A stretch of DNA of 64,000 nt from an uncultured Candidatus Saccharibacteria bacterium (GCA_964544225.1 CAZIZK010000004.1:883-64882), one strand, 5' to 3'. Positions 51,135 to 61,771 are shown, numbered from the stretch's first letter. The notes: a model not told the origin generated them from the sequence alone. Made by a program: numbers and translations.

Positions 51135-51822
51135 GATACATCGATTCATAACTGCATATGAAATACGTGACGGTTCTGTAACCATACAAGACCCAGAACT
51201 AGTACACCAATTCCGCAATGTTTTAAAGTTCAAGACTGGCGAAGTCGTCATGCTTACAAATGATTCAATGCTCGAGGCCACTGTACGTATATCACATATG
51301 TCAAAAGACACTATCGACTTTGAAGTAATCGATGAAGGTGTAAACAACAACGAGCCAAAGAATAAAGTAACACTTTATCTAGCCATATTAAAGCGCGAGA
51401 ACTTCGAGCTAGTTGTCCAAAAAGCTACCGAGATAGGTATCGATAAAATAGTGCCGATCATTACAAAGAACACTGTAAAAACAGGCTTACGTTATGACCG
51501 CTTGGAAAAAATTGCAAAAGAAGCTTCCGAACTATCTGGCCGTAGTACAGTGCCTACTATTACCGAAGCCATCGAATACACAGAGGCAATTGAGCAAGTA
51601 AAAGATATTAAAGACAATATAATATTTGATATTTCAGGCAAAAAACTATCAGAAGTAAATATCAAACCAGCCAATGTATTTGTGGGGCCTGAAGGTGGCT
51701 TTACCCAAGACGAAATAAATCAAGCAAAAGATGCCAGTTTTACCGTCGCCTCCCTAGGCACCCTCACCCTCCGAGGCGAAACCGCCGCAATAGTGGCAAG
51801 TTACATATCTATAAGTAGTTAA
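51130..51822 (+). CDS. rsmE: 16S rRNA m3U1498 methyltransferase
   Basis: HRF, QKATEIG, EASELSGR, VGPEGGF, LRGETA. Confidence 0.94.
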   Translation: MKIHRFITAYEIRDGSVTIQDPELVHQFRNVLKFKTGEVVMLTNDSMLEATVRISHMSKDTIDFEVIDEGVNNNEPKNKVTLYLAILKRENFELVVQKATEIGIDKIVPIITKNTVKTGLRYDRLEKIAKEASELSGRSTVPTITEAIEYTEAIEQVKDIKDNIIFDISGKKLSEVNIKPANVFVGPEGGFTQDEINQAKDASFTVASLGTLTLRGETAAIVASYISISS

Positions 51823-51865
51823 TTTTAACAGTAAGGTTATAATTTGTGTTACAATTTATCTAATT

Positions 51866-52747
51866 ATGAAAGAGAATAATATAGAAAACTTCAAACAAAA
51901 CTCAAAATTTGAAGATTTGGAGACCAAAAAATCTAATGCAAAAATTAGTAATTTTTTAGGCAATTCTCTTGATAAACTTGATAAAATAGAGAAAAATATA
52001 GAAGATGGGCCATTAAAAAATAGACAAAAAATGGATATAAAGAAGCAGACAGGTAGAAATTTTATTGGGGTGGGGTCTAAATCAATAATTTTATCTGATT
52101 CCAAAGACAAAGTTATAGGATTAAATTATTATAATAAAGAATATAATGATAGACATTCTTATCAAAAACCTGAAAAAAATTACAAAGAATTAACAGAAGG
52201 AACATTTTTTCAAAAAAATAGATACTACTCAAACAAAATTCTTACAACTCTGTTCCCAAATAATTTTGCTAAACTTCACGCGACAACCGCAGGCATGAAC
52301 TTGTCAGAAAATGCTATACAAAGCGTAGAGCAGTCTCTTGGAGTTAAAATACCCAAAAATCTTTCTCCTTATAGTTTAGACAAACGTCAATTTATTCAAG
52401 AGCCAAAACTGTACGATAAAGCAAAATATTTAAAACCCAAAAGTAGGTTTATGGATATTGTAGACTTGCTAGGTAAAAAAATAGAATTTCAATATGATAG
52501 TACTCCAAGTAATGTAATAAAAAATCGTCAAGGTCACGAAGTCTACATAGACGATGCCCTTTTGGTAATAAAAAATCATGAAGACATTAACGAAATAGTA
52601 AATTTTATGAATTCTCAAAACGAAAAAACTCCTAGTATTTATTCAGACAAAGATATTGATATCGTTAAAAATTACGCAAATAGGATGAAGGAATTAAGTG
52701 AAGAATATAGCTCGATTATTGTAAACCAACTACCACCAAACAACTAA
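51866..52747 (+). CDS. Hypothetical AT-rich protein, weak kinase-like motifs
   Basis: FIGVGSK, D..PSNVI, VYIDD. Confidence 0.5.
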   Translation: MKENNIENFKQNSKFEDLETKKSNAKISNFLGNSLDKLDKIEKNIEDGPLKNRQKMDIKKQTGRNFIGVGSKSIILSDSKDKVIGLNYYNKEYNDRHSYQKPEKNYKELTEGTFFQKNRYYSNKILTTLFPNNFAKLHATTAGMNLSENAIQSVEQSLGVKIPKNLSPYSLDKRQFIQEPKLYDKAKYLKPKSRFMDIVDLLGKKIEFQYDSTPSNVIKNRQGHEVYIDDALLVIKNHEDINEIVNFMNSQNEKTPSIYSDKDIDIVKNYANRMKELSEEYSSIIVNQLPPNN

Positions 52748-52779
52748 AAGTTAGTAAAAGTTTTTAAAAAAAATGCATT

Positions 52780-53454
52780 TTACTGAACCTTTTTTAAGAA
52801 ACTTTTACGGTGTAGTGGTGTGAGGCCGTGTTTTTTGATTGCTTCGTAGTGTGCACGGGTGCCGTAGCCAGAGTGGTTTTCAAAGCCATAATCTGGAAAT
52901 TCTTTCGAGTATTTTGTCATGATCTTGTCGCGGGAAACTTTCGCGACTATAGAAGCAAATGATATTACTGGGTGCAGTTCATCCCCTTTTATAACTGTCT
53001 CTTGGTTTATGTATTCCTTTGGTGCTTTTAGTCCACCGTCAAGAAAAATTTGCAACGAAGCAAAATGTTCAAAATCTGAGTCGTGTCGGAGCCCCCGTAG
53101 AGAGGGTAAAGCGCGAAGATTTTGAATATTTTGCGAAGTAATTTTTCCAAGAGAAGAGTCTAGTGCCTTTTGTATACATTTATTTATTCCAAATTTATCA
53201 ATATTCTCGGGTGAGACATAAGACACGTGGAAGTTGCATTTCCCCTCTTTCTTTAATTCATTTAAATACTTGTACCATTTCTCACGCTGGATCTTGGTCA
53301 ATTTCTTAGAATCCCTTACCGATAGGCCCAATTTATCCTGAGCATTTGATACTATTTCCTCTTGATCTTTGGGGTCTATACCAAAAGCACATACAGCCAC
53401 AGGCCCAGCTATCGGCCCCCTCCCCACCTCATCTATACCGACAATGTATTTCAT
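52780..53454 (-). CDS. rnhB: Ribonuclease HII
   Basis: GIDEVGRGPIAGPV, DSKKL, LDG, KGD...ASIVAKV.RD, GYGT, HRKSF. Start moved to ATG 53454. Confidence 0.95.
   Translation of the reverse strand: MKYIVGIDEVGRGPIAGPVAVCAFGIDPKDQEEIVSNAQDKLGLSVRDSKKLTKIQREKWYKYLNELKKEGKCNFHVSYVSPENIDKFGINKCIQKALDSSLGKITSQNIQNLRALPSLRGLRHDSDFEHFASLQIFLDGGLKAPKEYINQETVIKGDELHPVISFASIVAKVSRDKIMTKYSKEFPDYGFENHSGYGTRAHYEAIKKHGLTPLHRKSFLKKVQ
53060..53134 (-). repeat. 75-bp in-frame palindromic insertion in rnhB
   Basis: 18-bp arms GCAAAATGTTCAAAATCT / AGATTTTGAATATTTTGC with an inner GC hairpin. Confidence 0.72.
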
Positions 53455-53532
53455 ACAAAGATTGTAACACAATACATGACACAAAAAGAAAAGGCCTCTT
53501 TATGAAGCCTTTTTTACTAAAAATATAACGTC

Positions 53533-54534
53533 TTATTTTGGTTTAAGGATTATATAATTCAATTTTCTCTGAATTAAAATATCCTCTATAAAACTTCCTT
53601 GAATAGTGGAGTTACCTGATTTAAAATGATTAATACCTAAAATCAGAACCGAACTAATAGTATCTGGAAGAACTTTAACAATCGGAATGTTCCGATCAAA
53701 CCGTGTTACCTTTAAAAACCGTTCATCAATATACTTACCTGTTTTCAAAAACATTGCAAACCAACCATCTGGATTATCTGGATAAGTTTTTTTAATAGCA
53801 TTAAGTTCGGTTTTCATTGCATTCATCTCATCATCGTATGCATTATAGATTAACCGATCTTTAAACAATGGATTATTTGTTCGATTATCAATTTGAAAAA
53901 AATTATCAAATTTATCTCTGAATATCCTAAGTGCTGCTATTTGTTGGTTTCTATCTGTAATTTGAACATACTGATCCCTTGTAAGACGATAAGTGTACCG
54001 TAAACTAAAGATTGCATTTGTTTGCGCAACCTTTTTAAAATCTTCTACTCCGTAAATATTTATTGTTTTTAAATTTTCCAATAAATAGTATGTGAGTGAT
54101 GAGTACATGCTTTCATCAATCAGCCGACTAAACTTTTCTTTTGAATCGATACGGCCATCTTTAATAAGAAAACCTTCTGAATAGATAGGTAGTTTAATAA
54201 AGTGTTTTAAGGAATTCAGGATTTCTATTTGAATTTCTTTAACAATTGTCTTTTCAGACTCATTTAAAGCCTCAATGTTATCATCCATCAAATGGCGCTG
54301 CATGTAACAAATAACAAAAGGTCGGCCTGGAAAACTATTACAAGTATCCGCAATAATTACATCAGGGTCATTCTGGAGGTTTTTTATAACCTTACCAAAA
54401 GATGACATTTGTGATTTGGTGTACGGGGTATCAACAGAATTAGATTTAATACTAGTTTCTGTGATTTCTTCTTTTGTTCTGCTATTACAAGCAATAACAA
54501 TAAGGATTGTCGTGATCAGTAGGTGGTATTTCAT
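53533..54534 (-). CDS. Lipoprotein-like hypothetical protein, possible EreA/ChaN/Tiki-like fold
   Basis: Lipobox-like IVIAC; Q.H, YSEG, GVED, RN and LGINH spacing; AT-rich. Confidence 0.5.
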   Translation of the reverse strand: MKYHLLITTILIVIACNSRTKEEITETSIKSNSVDTPYTKSQMSSFGKVIKNLQNDPDVIIADTCNSFPGRPFVICYMQRHLMDDNIEALNESEKTIVKEIQIEILNSLKHFIKLPIYSEGFLIKDGRIDSKEKFSRLIDESMYSSLTYYLLENLKTINIYGVEDFKKVAQTNAIFSLRYTYRLTRDQYVQITDRNQQIAALRIFRDKFDNFFQIDNRTNNPLFKDRLIYNAYDDEMNAMKTELNAIKKTYPDNPDGWFAMFLKTGKYIDERFLKVTRFDRNIPIVKVLPDTISSVLILGINHFKSGNSTIQGSFIEDILIQRKLNYIILKPK

Positions 54535-54611
54535 TTTTTTTGTTTTTTCATACATTACTACTAATTTTAACTTTTGTCAAATAGAACTCATTACTGATAT
54601 ACTATGTGCAC

Positions 54612-57600
54612 ATGAGCTCCAAGTTCACACATTTGCATACCCATAGTCACTATTCGCTACTAGACGGATTGTCGAAGATCGACGATATTGTTCGTATTGC
54701 AAAGGAGGCCGACATGACATCGATAGCCCTGACAGACCACGGCAATATGTACGGAGCGCTCGAGTTCTACAAGAAGTGCAAGAAGGCAGGTATCAAGCCT
54801 ATCATAGGGTGCGAAGTATACGTAGCCGAGAGGAAGATGACCGACAAAGAAGCCGGTATCGATAACAAACGTTACCACCTGATACTTCTTGCAAAGAACA
54901 AGGCAGGTTACAAAAATCTGATGAAGATAGTTAGTCGTGCAGCGACAGAGGGGTATTATTACAAGCCTCGTGTAGATATGGACCTGTTGCGTGAGTATAG
55001 TGAAGGTATCATAGCACTATCTGGCTGTATGGGTGGCAAGCTGTCACGTGCAGTATTGACAAAGAATAATGAAAAGGCCGAGGAATTGATAAAGGAACAC
55101 CAAGACGTATTCAGCAAAGACAATTATTTTATCGAGATCCAGTCACACCCGCATATCGAACATGACCGCGAACTTCGCGACGACTTAGTAAAACTGGCAA
55201 AGAAGTTCAACATACCTATCATAGCTACCCAAGACTCACATTACCCGTGTAAAGATGACCACAAGGCCCACCACACACTACTACAGGTGAACACTGGTGC
55301 CGATGGTCAGACAGGTAAATTCGAGTTCTCAGACGACGACTTCTCACTAATAGATGAAAAGACTGCATTGGAATATTTCAAAGATTATCCAGAATCTGTA
55401 GCAAACACACAGATCGTAGCCGACATGTGTGAGGACTACGATCTAGAGCTTGGGCGTGCATTCTTCCCTAACTATGTTATCGAAAACGGCAACTCGCCTG
55501 AAGACGAATTACGAGCTTTCATAAAGAAAGGTATCGAGAAACGTGGGTTAGAAGAAACAGAAGAATTGAAGACTCGCGTAGAATACGAACTAGATATTAT
55601 TATCAAAAAGGGTTACCCTTCATACTTCCTAGTAGTGTCAGACCTCCTAAAATACGCAAAGGAAAATGGCATCCTAACAAATACTCGAGGATCCGCGGCA
55701 GGGTCACTAGTGTCATATATTATAGGGATTACCAATATCAACCCGCTCGAGTTCAAGCTCCCCTTCGAAAGATTCCTAAACCCAGAGCGTCCATCATTAC
55801 CTGATATCGATATGGACTTTGCCGACAATAGGCGTGACGAAGTTATTGAATATGCAAAAAGGAAATATGGCGAGGATAAAGTCGCGCAGATCGGTACATT
55901 TGGAACTATGATGGCCAAAGGGTCTGTCCGTGATGTAGCACGCGCCCTAGGCTTTCCATATGTTGTAGGTGACCGTATATCCGGCATGATCCCTATGGGC
56001 TCACAAGGTTTCCCTATGACTATCGACCATGCGATGGAGATAGTGCCCGAGCTTGCAGAAGCGTATAAAAAAGAAAATGATACAAAAGAAATAATCGACC
56101 TAGCAAAGAAGATGGAAGGCTGTGTCCGCCATGTGTCGGTGCACGCTGCGGGTATTGTTATATCACCTACACCACTTTACGACTTTACACCTATACAATA
56201 CGACCCGCGTGGTGGAGGTATCATCACCCAATACGACATGTACAATATCGAAGAAGCCGGCTTGCCAAAGTTCGACTTCCTGGGTATCCGCAACTTGTCT
56301 ATATTGGCCGAGGCTATGAGGCTAGTGAAGCTACTTCACAATATTGAAATAGATATCGAGAAGATCCCAATAGATGACAAAAAGACTTATGCCATGCTTG
56401 CCCGTGGTGAGACTATTGGACTCTTCCAGCTCAATGGTTCTGGTATGACCAAATACCTAAAGGACCTGCGCCCTACCGATATCAACGATATCAATGCGAT
56501 GGTGGCACTGTACCGCCCGGGTCCTATGGCATTTATCCCCGACTATATCAAACGCAAATACAACAATAGGCTAGTTACATATCTGGACCCTAGGATGGAG
56601 CAATTCCTGAAGACTACCTATGGAATCCTAATCTACCAAGACGACATCTTGCTCATGGCTGTGCATATGGCTGGATACACCTGGGGTGAAGCCGACAAGT
56701 TCCGCAAAGCTGTGGGTAAGAAGATCCCCGAAGAAATGGAGGCCCAAAGAGAAAAGTTTATAAAAGGTCTGATAAAGAATGGCATGATAGAAAAGAAGGC
56801 AAAGGAACTATGGGCCATGATCGAAACATTCGCGGCCTACGGGTTCAACAAAGCTCATGCGGCAAGTTACGGTATGGTCGCGTACCAGACGAGTTATATG
56901 AAAGCCAACTTCCCTGTCGAGTATATGTGTGCCATACTCACTGCCGAGTCCGGTGATGTAGACAAGATATCTGAGATAGTCGACGAGTGTAAGAAGATGA
57001 AGATCGATATATTACCACCGTCTATAAATGAAAGCTTTGGTGGGTTTACTGTTATCCGAGGTACGAACCATACCGAGGGTCGGGCTATACGCTTCGGCTT
57101 GTATACTATCAAGAACTTGGGTACTGATATATCTGATTCGATAATAGAAGAGAGGGGTCGTGGTGGCAATTTTACTTCACTAGCCGACTTCTTTGAGCGT
57201 ATCAATCACAAGAATTTAAATAAAAAGTCAGTAGAAGCCTTGGCCAAGTCTGGGGCTATGGATGAATTGGGCGAGCGTAACAGTATCATCAACAACCTCG
57301 AGAAGTTGATAGAGTTCAACAAAGAGTCTCGTGGTACTAATACCCAAGACTCACTCTTTGGCAGTATTGGTGGGATACAAGCAACCCTAACACTCGAGCC
57401 AACCCCCGAAGCAACCATGAAGGAAAAACTGTCTTGGGAAAAGGAATTGTTGGGTCTATATATCTCGGGTCATCCACTGGGTGAATACAAAGACAAAATA
57501 AATAAAATAGGTAACTCCATAAAGAAGATCCGAATCGAAATAAGGAACAATATGCCTATAACCACAGCCGTAATCATCGACAATGTAAAGATAGTAATGA

Positions 57601-57794
57601 CAAAGAAGAACGATCGTATGGCATTCGTAAAGATATCTGACTTCACTGGGTCTATTGAGGCTGTCGTATTTTCTAAAACATTCGAGGCGAATAAGGACAT
57701 AATAGTTGAAGGTAATATCATAGCCCTCCAGGGTAAAGTCACCGAGCGTAATGGCGAGAAGAGTATCCAGATAGACAAGTTAAAGAAATTATAA
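54612..57794 (+). CDS. dnaE: DNA polymerase III alpha subunit
   Basis: PHP HLHTHSHYSLLDG, RGSAAGS, PDIDMDF, FNKAH, C-terminal OB fold. Confidence 0.97.
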   Translation: MSSKFTHLHTHSHYSLLDGLSKIDDIVRIAKEADMTSIALTDHGNMYGALEFYKKCKKAGIKPIIGCEVYVAERKMTDKEAGIDNKRYHLILLAKNKAGYKNLMKIVSRAATEGYYYKPRVDMDLLREYSEGIIALSGCMGGKLSRAVLTKNNEKAEELIKEHQDVFSKDNYFIEIQSHPHIEHDRELRDDLVKLAKKFNIPIIATQDSHYPCKDDHKAHHTLLQVNTGADGQTGKFEFSDDDFSLIDEKTALEYFKDYPESVANTQIVADMCEDYDLELGRAFFPNYVIENGNSPEDELRAFIKKGIEKRGLEETEELKTRVEYELDIIIKKGYPSYFLVVSDLLKYAKENGILTNTRGSAAGSLVSYIIGITNINPLEFKLPFERFLNPERPSLPDIDMDFADNRRDEVIEYAKRKYGEDKVAQIGTFGTMMAKGSVRDVARALGFPYVVGDRISGMIPMGSQGFPMTIDHAMEIVPELAEAYKKENDTKEIIDLAKKMEGCVRHVSVHAAGIVISPTPLYDFTPIQYDPRGGGIITQYDMYNIEEAGLPKFDFLGIRNLSILAEAMRLVKLLHNIEIDIEKIPIDDKKTYAMLARGETIGLFQLNGSGMTKYLKDLRPTDINDINAMVALYRPGPMAFIPDYIKRKYNNRLVTYLDPRMEQFLKTTYGILIYQDDILLMAVHMAGYTWGEADKFRKAVGKKIPEEMEAQREKFIKGLIKNGMIEKKAKELWAMIETFAAYGFNKAHAASYGMVAYQTSYMKANFPVEYMCAILTAESGDVDKISEIVDECKKMKIDILPPSINESFGGFTVIRGTNHTEGRAIRFGLYTIKNLGTDISDSIIEERGRGGNFTSLADFFERINHKNLNKKSVEALAKSGAMDELGERNSIINNLEKLIEFNKESRGTNTQDSLFGSIGGIQATLTLEPTPEATMKEKLSWEKELLGLYISGHPLGEYKDKINKIGNSIKKIRIEIRNNMPITTAVIIDNVKIVMTKKNDRMAFVKISDFTGSIEAVVFSKTFEANKDIIVEGNIIALQGKVTERNGEKSIQIDKLKKL

Positions 57795-57797
57795 TAA

Positions 57798-57830
57798 TAA
57801 AACAGCCCCGACATAGTCGGGGCTGTTTTA
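57798..57830. terminator. Bidirectional terminator
   Basis: AAAACAGCCCCGAC-ata-GTCGGGGCTGTTTT. Confidence 0.8.
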
Positions 57831-58403
57831 TTATGCTATATCCTCTGAGTCATCGATCATCTTCATGATCTTCACAACTTCATTTGGATAGTTTTTAATA
57901 ACAGTGTTATATTTACGCAATATTTGAAGAGTATTCTTACCATCATAGTGATGGGCGGCACCTCCGCCATTACCACCAAGATTCATCGATACTACTTCAA
58001 TAGCTTGATCAACAGATTTGAAAGCTATCTTACAGCCTCCCCATCCGAATCCATTGTTCTTACCCTTTTCACTTTTACATGCATGACGGTAAGCAGTAGA
58101 TTCACGAGCAACGATAGCTGCAGTTAGACGCCAATCGAGGTCATTCTTCTCCGCTTCCTCTACGAACTTCTCACCGTATCCTACAAGTGGTGAGTTAAGC
58201 TTTGCAAAGAACGCATCGACTGCTTCGGCCTTCTCCTTACGTACTTCGGCTTCTTGTAGGGTTATTACAATAGCTTCCGGCACGTTGTTATTAAGACTTG
58301 GTTGAACAGTGTTTGCAACTACTCCTGTCATTGGCAAACTTGCCGCAAACAATGGTATAGCCACAAAAGACTGTAGGAACCTTGTAATTGTTTTTTTATT
58401 CAT
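57831..58403 (-). CDS. Secreted lysozyme/glucosaminidase-like cell-wall protein
   Basis: Signal/anchor; SPL..GEKFVEEAEKNDLDWRLTAAIVARES, NGFGWG, YN...Y...V. Confidence 0.65.
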   Translation of the reverse strand: MNKKTITRFLQSFVAIPLFAASLPMTGVVANTVQPSLNNNVPEAIVITLQEAEVRKEKAEAVDAFFAKLNSPLVGYGEKFVEEAEKNDLDWRLTAAIVARESTAYRHACKSEKGKNNGFGWGGCKIAFKSVDQAIEVVSMNLGGNGGGAAHHYDGKNTLQILRKYNTVIKNYPNEVVKIMKMIDDSEDIA

Positions 58404-58743
58404 AGTGTTGCGGTTGTGCTCCGCAGAACTCATGTCTGGATTGGTATTACCTTACCTTTCGAGGGGTAAAATAAAAAGCCCTTATATATAATCAATGTGA
58501 TTGATAACATATCAGGGACTCCTATATAGTATCACAAACCAACATAAAAGTCAATAGTTATACTACATATTTTAGGTGTGTCAAATATAAAAAACCCTTA
58601 TTTTATAAGGGTTTTTTATCTATTATGGTTTGACAAAATATCTTAAAAATTGTCTAATCAGCCTATTTTATAAGGGTTTTACAGGTTTTTGACAAAAAGT
58701 ACCTATTGTCCTATAAAAACCCTTATTTTATAACGAAATTAGC

Positions 58744-61218
58744 CTATTCATTGATTCCGTGGCACTTCTTGTACTTCTTGCCGGATCCACAAGGACACGG
58801 GTCATTGCGCCCCACTTTTGGTCCTTCATTACGCTTTGTTTTTGCATCTGGCTCCTCCTTTCCACTGGTACTTAGGATCAATTTTGGTGTTTCCTCTACC
58901 ACTTCAGCTACAGGATCTGGGCCAACATTCATTGTTTTTACCAGGGACACCACCTGTTCACGGAACATAGCCTCCATTTCCTTGAATAAATGCAAGCCCT
59001 CCTTCTTGTACTCGATCAATGGTTCCCTTTGGCCATAGGCACGCAAGTTTACCGAGCTACGAGTATAATCCATGGTCTCTAGGTGTTCTACCCATAGGTT
59101 ATCAGTAACATGTAGTGCTATACGGCGAAGTGTCTCTAGGAACACCCCTTCTCCGAATGCTTTCTTCTTTTCTTCTGCTATACCAACTATCTCTGGGTAA
59201 TCAGTGGCTAGGTCTTGAATAAAGGCTTCCAATTCAGGTGCTTCACCTAAAAGCATTATCTTACGTCGTGCATATATAGTATTGCGCTGTTGGTTCATGA
59301 CATTGTCGTATTCCAGTGTATGCTTACGAGCGTCAAAGTTAAAGCCTTCGATCTTCGCCTGAGCATTCTCGAGTGACTTGTTGATCATGCCGTTCTGGAT
59401 AGGCTGGTCTTCGGGTATGCCGAACTTGCCCATCATAGTCTTTATACGATCACTACCGAATACTCGCATTAGATCATCTTCGAGTGACACATAGAACTGT
59501 GTCTCACCTGGGTCACCCTGACGGCCGGCACGTCCACGAAGCTGGTTGTCGATACGGCGAGCTTCATGGCGCTCGGTACCTAGGACGAACAATCCACCAA
59601 GATTCTTGATCTCTTCATATGCTTCTTCATTGTATGGCACACCGCCGAGTTTTATATCCACTCCGCGCCCAGCCATGTTGGTGGCAATAGTTACAGCACC
59701 ACGCTTGCCGGCATTGGCAGTGATGGCACCTTCGCTCTCGTGATTCTTTGCATTTAGTACTATATGTGGAACGCCCGCTTCTGTTAGATATGCAGATAGT
59801 AGTTCGTTGCGCTCTATAGACACTGTACCTATCAATACAGGCTGACCCTTTTCGTTCAGTTCTTTTACCTTTTGGGCGATAGCCTTGAACTTACCCTTCT
59901 CGGTTTGGTATATAAAGTCATTTCTATCGATACGAGCGATGGGTCTGTGTGTAGGTACTACTGCTACGTCGAGGCCGTACACCTTGGCAAACTCTTCTTT
60001 TGAAGTTTCGGCTGTACCTGTCATACCAGAAAGCTTTGTATAGAATCGGAAATAGTTCTGGAAAGTAATAGATGCTACAGAGCGTGTCTCCTTTTGGATC
60101 TTTGCACCTTCCTTCGCCTCGATAGCTTGGTGAAGGCCCTCGCTCCATCGGCGGCCTGGTTGCATACGGCCAGTAAATGGGTCCACTATCATTACCTCGC
60201 CATCCTTTACAACATAGTCCTTGTCCTTCTCGAAAAGTGCGCGGGCACGGACAGCAGTCTCTAAGTGGTGAACATATTTAATACCCTTCTCGGTATAAAT
60301 GTTGGAAATTCCAAGTAGAGTCTCGGCTTTTGTGATGCCAGAGTCGGTCAGTGATATAGCCTTTAGCTTCTCATCAACTGTATAGTCTGTGTCACGAGAT
60401 AGCTCTTTGGAAATATTGGCGAACTTGTAGTACAAATCCTCAGACTCTTCCGCCTCAGAAGATATGATAAGTGGTGTACGAGATTCGTCTATCAATATAG
60501 AGTCGACCTCGTCGACTATCGCATAGTGGTGACCACGCTGAGATATGTCATTTACACTACGAGCTAGATTATCCTTTAGATAGTCAAAGCCAAATTCGTT
60601 ATTAGTACCATATGTAATATCCGCGGCATATGCTTCACGGCGAGTACATGGGCGCAAACATTCGTAGCGAACTTTAAAAGCTCCCTCCTCGCTACCATCA
60701 TCATCGCGCGATACATGTGTATCATCATATAGGAAAGATGCTCCAACAGAGTTCACCACACCTACACTCATGCCGAGCATGGAGAACACTGGGCCCATCC
60801 ACACAGCATCACGACGTGAAAGATAGTCGTTCACTGTTACCACATGCACACCTTTATTTGTCAGTGCATTTAAATACGCTGGCAGTGTTGCCATCAATGT
60901 CTTACCTTCACCTGTACGCATCTCGGCGATCATGCCACGGTGCAATACGATACCTCCAATAAGCTGAACATCATAGTGCCTAGTACCAAGAAAACGCAGT
61001 GAAGCCTCACGCACCAATGCATAAGCTTCCGGCAACAGACTATCTAGGCTCTCCCCCTCACCTAATCTTGCTTTTAATTTATTTGTATAATCCTTGAAAT
61101 CTGAATCTGCCAATGATTTCATATCAGACTCGAGCGTATTTATACGCTCTATTATAGGCTTTGTTTCCTTTAATATTTTTGTTGTTTCGTCTCCGAAAAT
61201 TGATTTAAATAATGCCAT
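58744..61218 (-). CDS. secA: Preprotein translocase subunit SecA
   Basis: [57 protein letters not shown]. Confidence 0.98.
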   Translation of the reverse strand: MALFKSIFGDETTKILKETKPIIERINTLESDMKSLADSDFKDYTNKLKARLGEGESLDSLLPEAYALVREASLRFLGTRHYDVQLIGGIVLHRGMIAEMRTGEGKTLMATLPAYLNALTNKGVHVVTVNDYLSRRDAVWMGPVFSMLGMSVGVVNSVGASFLYDDTHVSRDDDGSEEGAFKVRYECLRPCTRREAYAADITYGTNNEFGFDYLKDNLARSVNDISQRGHHYAIVDEVDSILIDESRTPLIISSEAEESEDLYYKFANISKELSRDTDYTVDEKLKAISLTDSGITKAETLLGISNIYTEKGIKYVHHLETAVRARALFEKDKDYVVKDGEVMIVDPFTGRMQPGRRWSEGLHQAIEAKEGAKIQKETRSVASITFQNYFRFYTKLSGMTGTAETSKEEFAKVYGLDVAVVPTHRPIARIDRNDFIYQTEKGKFKAIAQKVKELNEKGQPVLIGTVSIERNELLSAYLTEAGVPHIVLNAKNHESEGAITANAGKRGAVTIATNMAGRGVDIKLGGVPYNEEAYEEIKNLGGLFVLGTERHEARRIDNQLRGRAGRQGDPGETQFYVSLEDDLMRVFGSDRIKTMMGKFGIPEDQPIQNGMINKSLENAQAKIEGFNFDARKHTLEYDNVMNQQRNTIYARRKIMLLGEAPELEAFIQDLATDYPEIVGIAEEKKKAFGEGVFLETLRRIALHVTDNLWVEHLETMDYTRSSVNLRAYGQREPLIEYKKEGLHLFKEMEAMFREQVVSLVKTMNVGPDPVAEVVEETPKLILSTSGKEEPDAKTKRNEGPKVGRNDPCPCGSGKKYKKCHGINE

Positions 61219-61298
61219 AGTTGTTGTATTCTACCATAAAAACAAAATCCCCGATAGAGAGGGGATTTTGTTAAAAAACTAGAACTCGAAGGGTGCTA

Positions 61299-61409
61299 TT
61301 ATGCGCGCTTCTTTGTTGTCTTCTTTGCTGCTTTCTTAACAGTCTTCTTTACAGTTTTCTTAACTGCCTTTTTTACTGTCTTCTTAGCTGCTTTCTTTTT
61401 TGCTGCCAT
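61299..61409 (-). CDS. Histone H1-like Lys/Ala-rich miniprotein, 36 aa (not in ORF track)
   Basis: MAAKKKAAKKTVKKAVKKTVKKTVKKAAKKTTKKRA, tandem TAA TAG stops, terminator at ~61243-61270. Confidence 0.75.
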   Translation of the reverse strand: MAAKKKAAKKTVKKAVKKTVKKTVKKAAKKTTKKRA

Positions 61410-61557
61410 ATATTTTTTAAAAATTATTTTTTAAAGACGTGTGATACTACGACCTTACAAAAAGATTAAAAATATTTTTGTAAAATTTTTTTAATCACAC
61501 TTACATATATATTATCTTACATATTGAATACAACTGCAATATTTTTTTCAATAAAAG

Positions 61558-61566
61558 TGTGGATAA
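61558..61566 (-). promoter_or_regulatory. Perfect DnaA box in an AT-rich spacer
   Basis: TGTGGATAA, the reverse complement of TTATCCACA. Confidence 0.45.
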
Positions 61567-61771
61567 CTTTCCAATTTTATTTTTTTGTAAAAAATTATAA
61601 AATTGAGAATCCCGTACTAAAATTTTACAAACTGAAATTTTACTTTAAAAAAAAATTTATAAAATAAAAAAATAATGTAATAAGAAAAGTTTTATTAAAT
61701 TTTTAGTATGGGATATAAATAGTATTAATAAAAAAGAAAAACTCCAGCTTGCGCCGGAGTTCTTCATATAA

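Noticed and set aside
54612-57794. Intein or intron in dnaE (also checked gyrA and secA)
   Set aside because: Lengths and motif spacing are normal; no intein terminal motifs or frame breaks.
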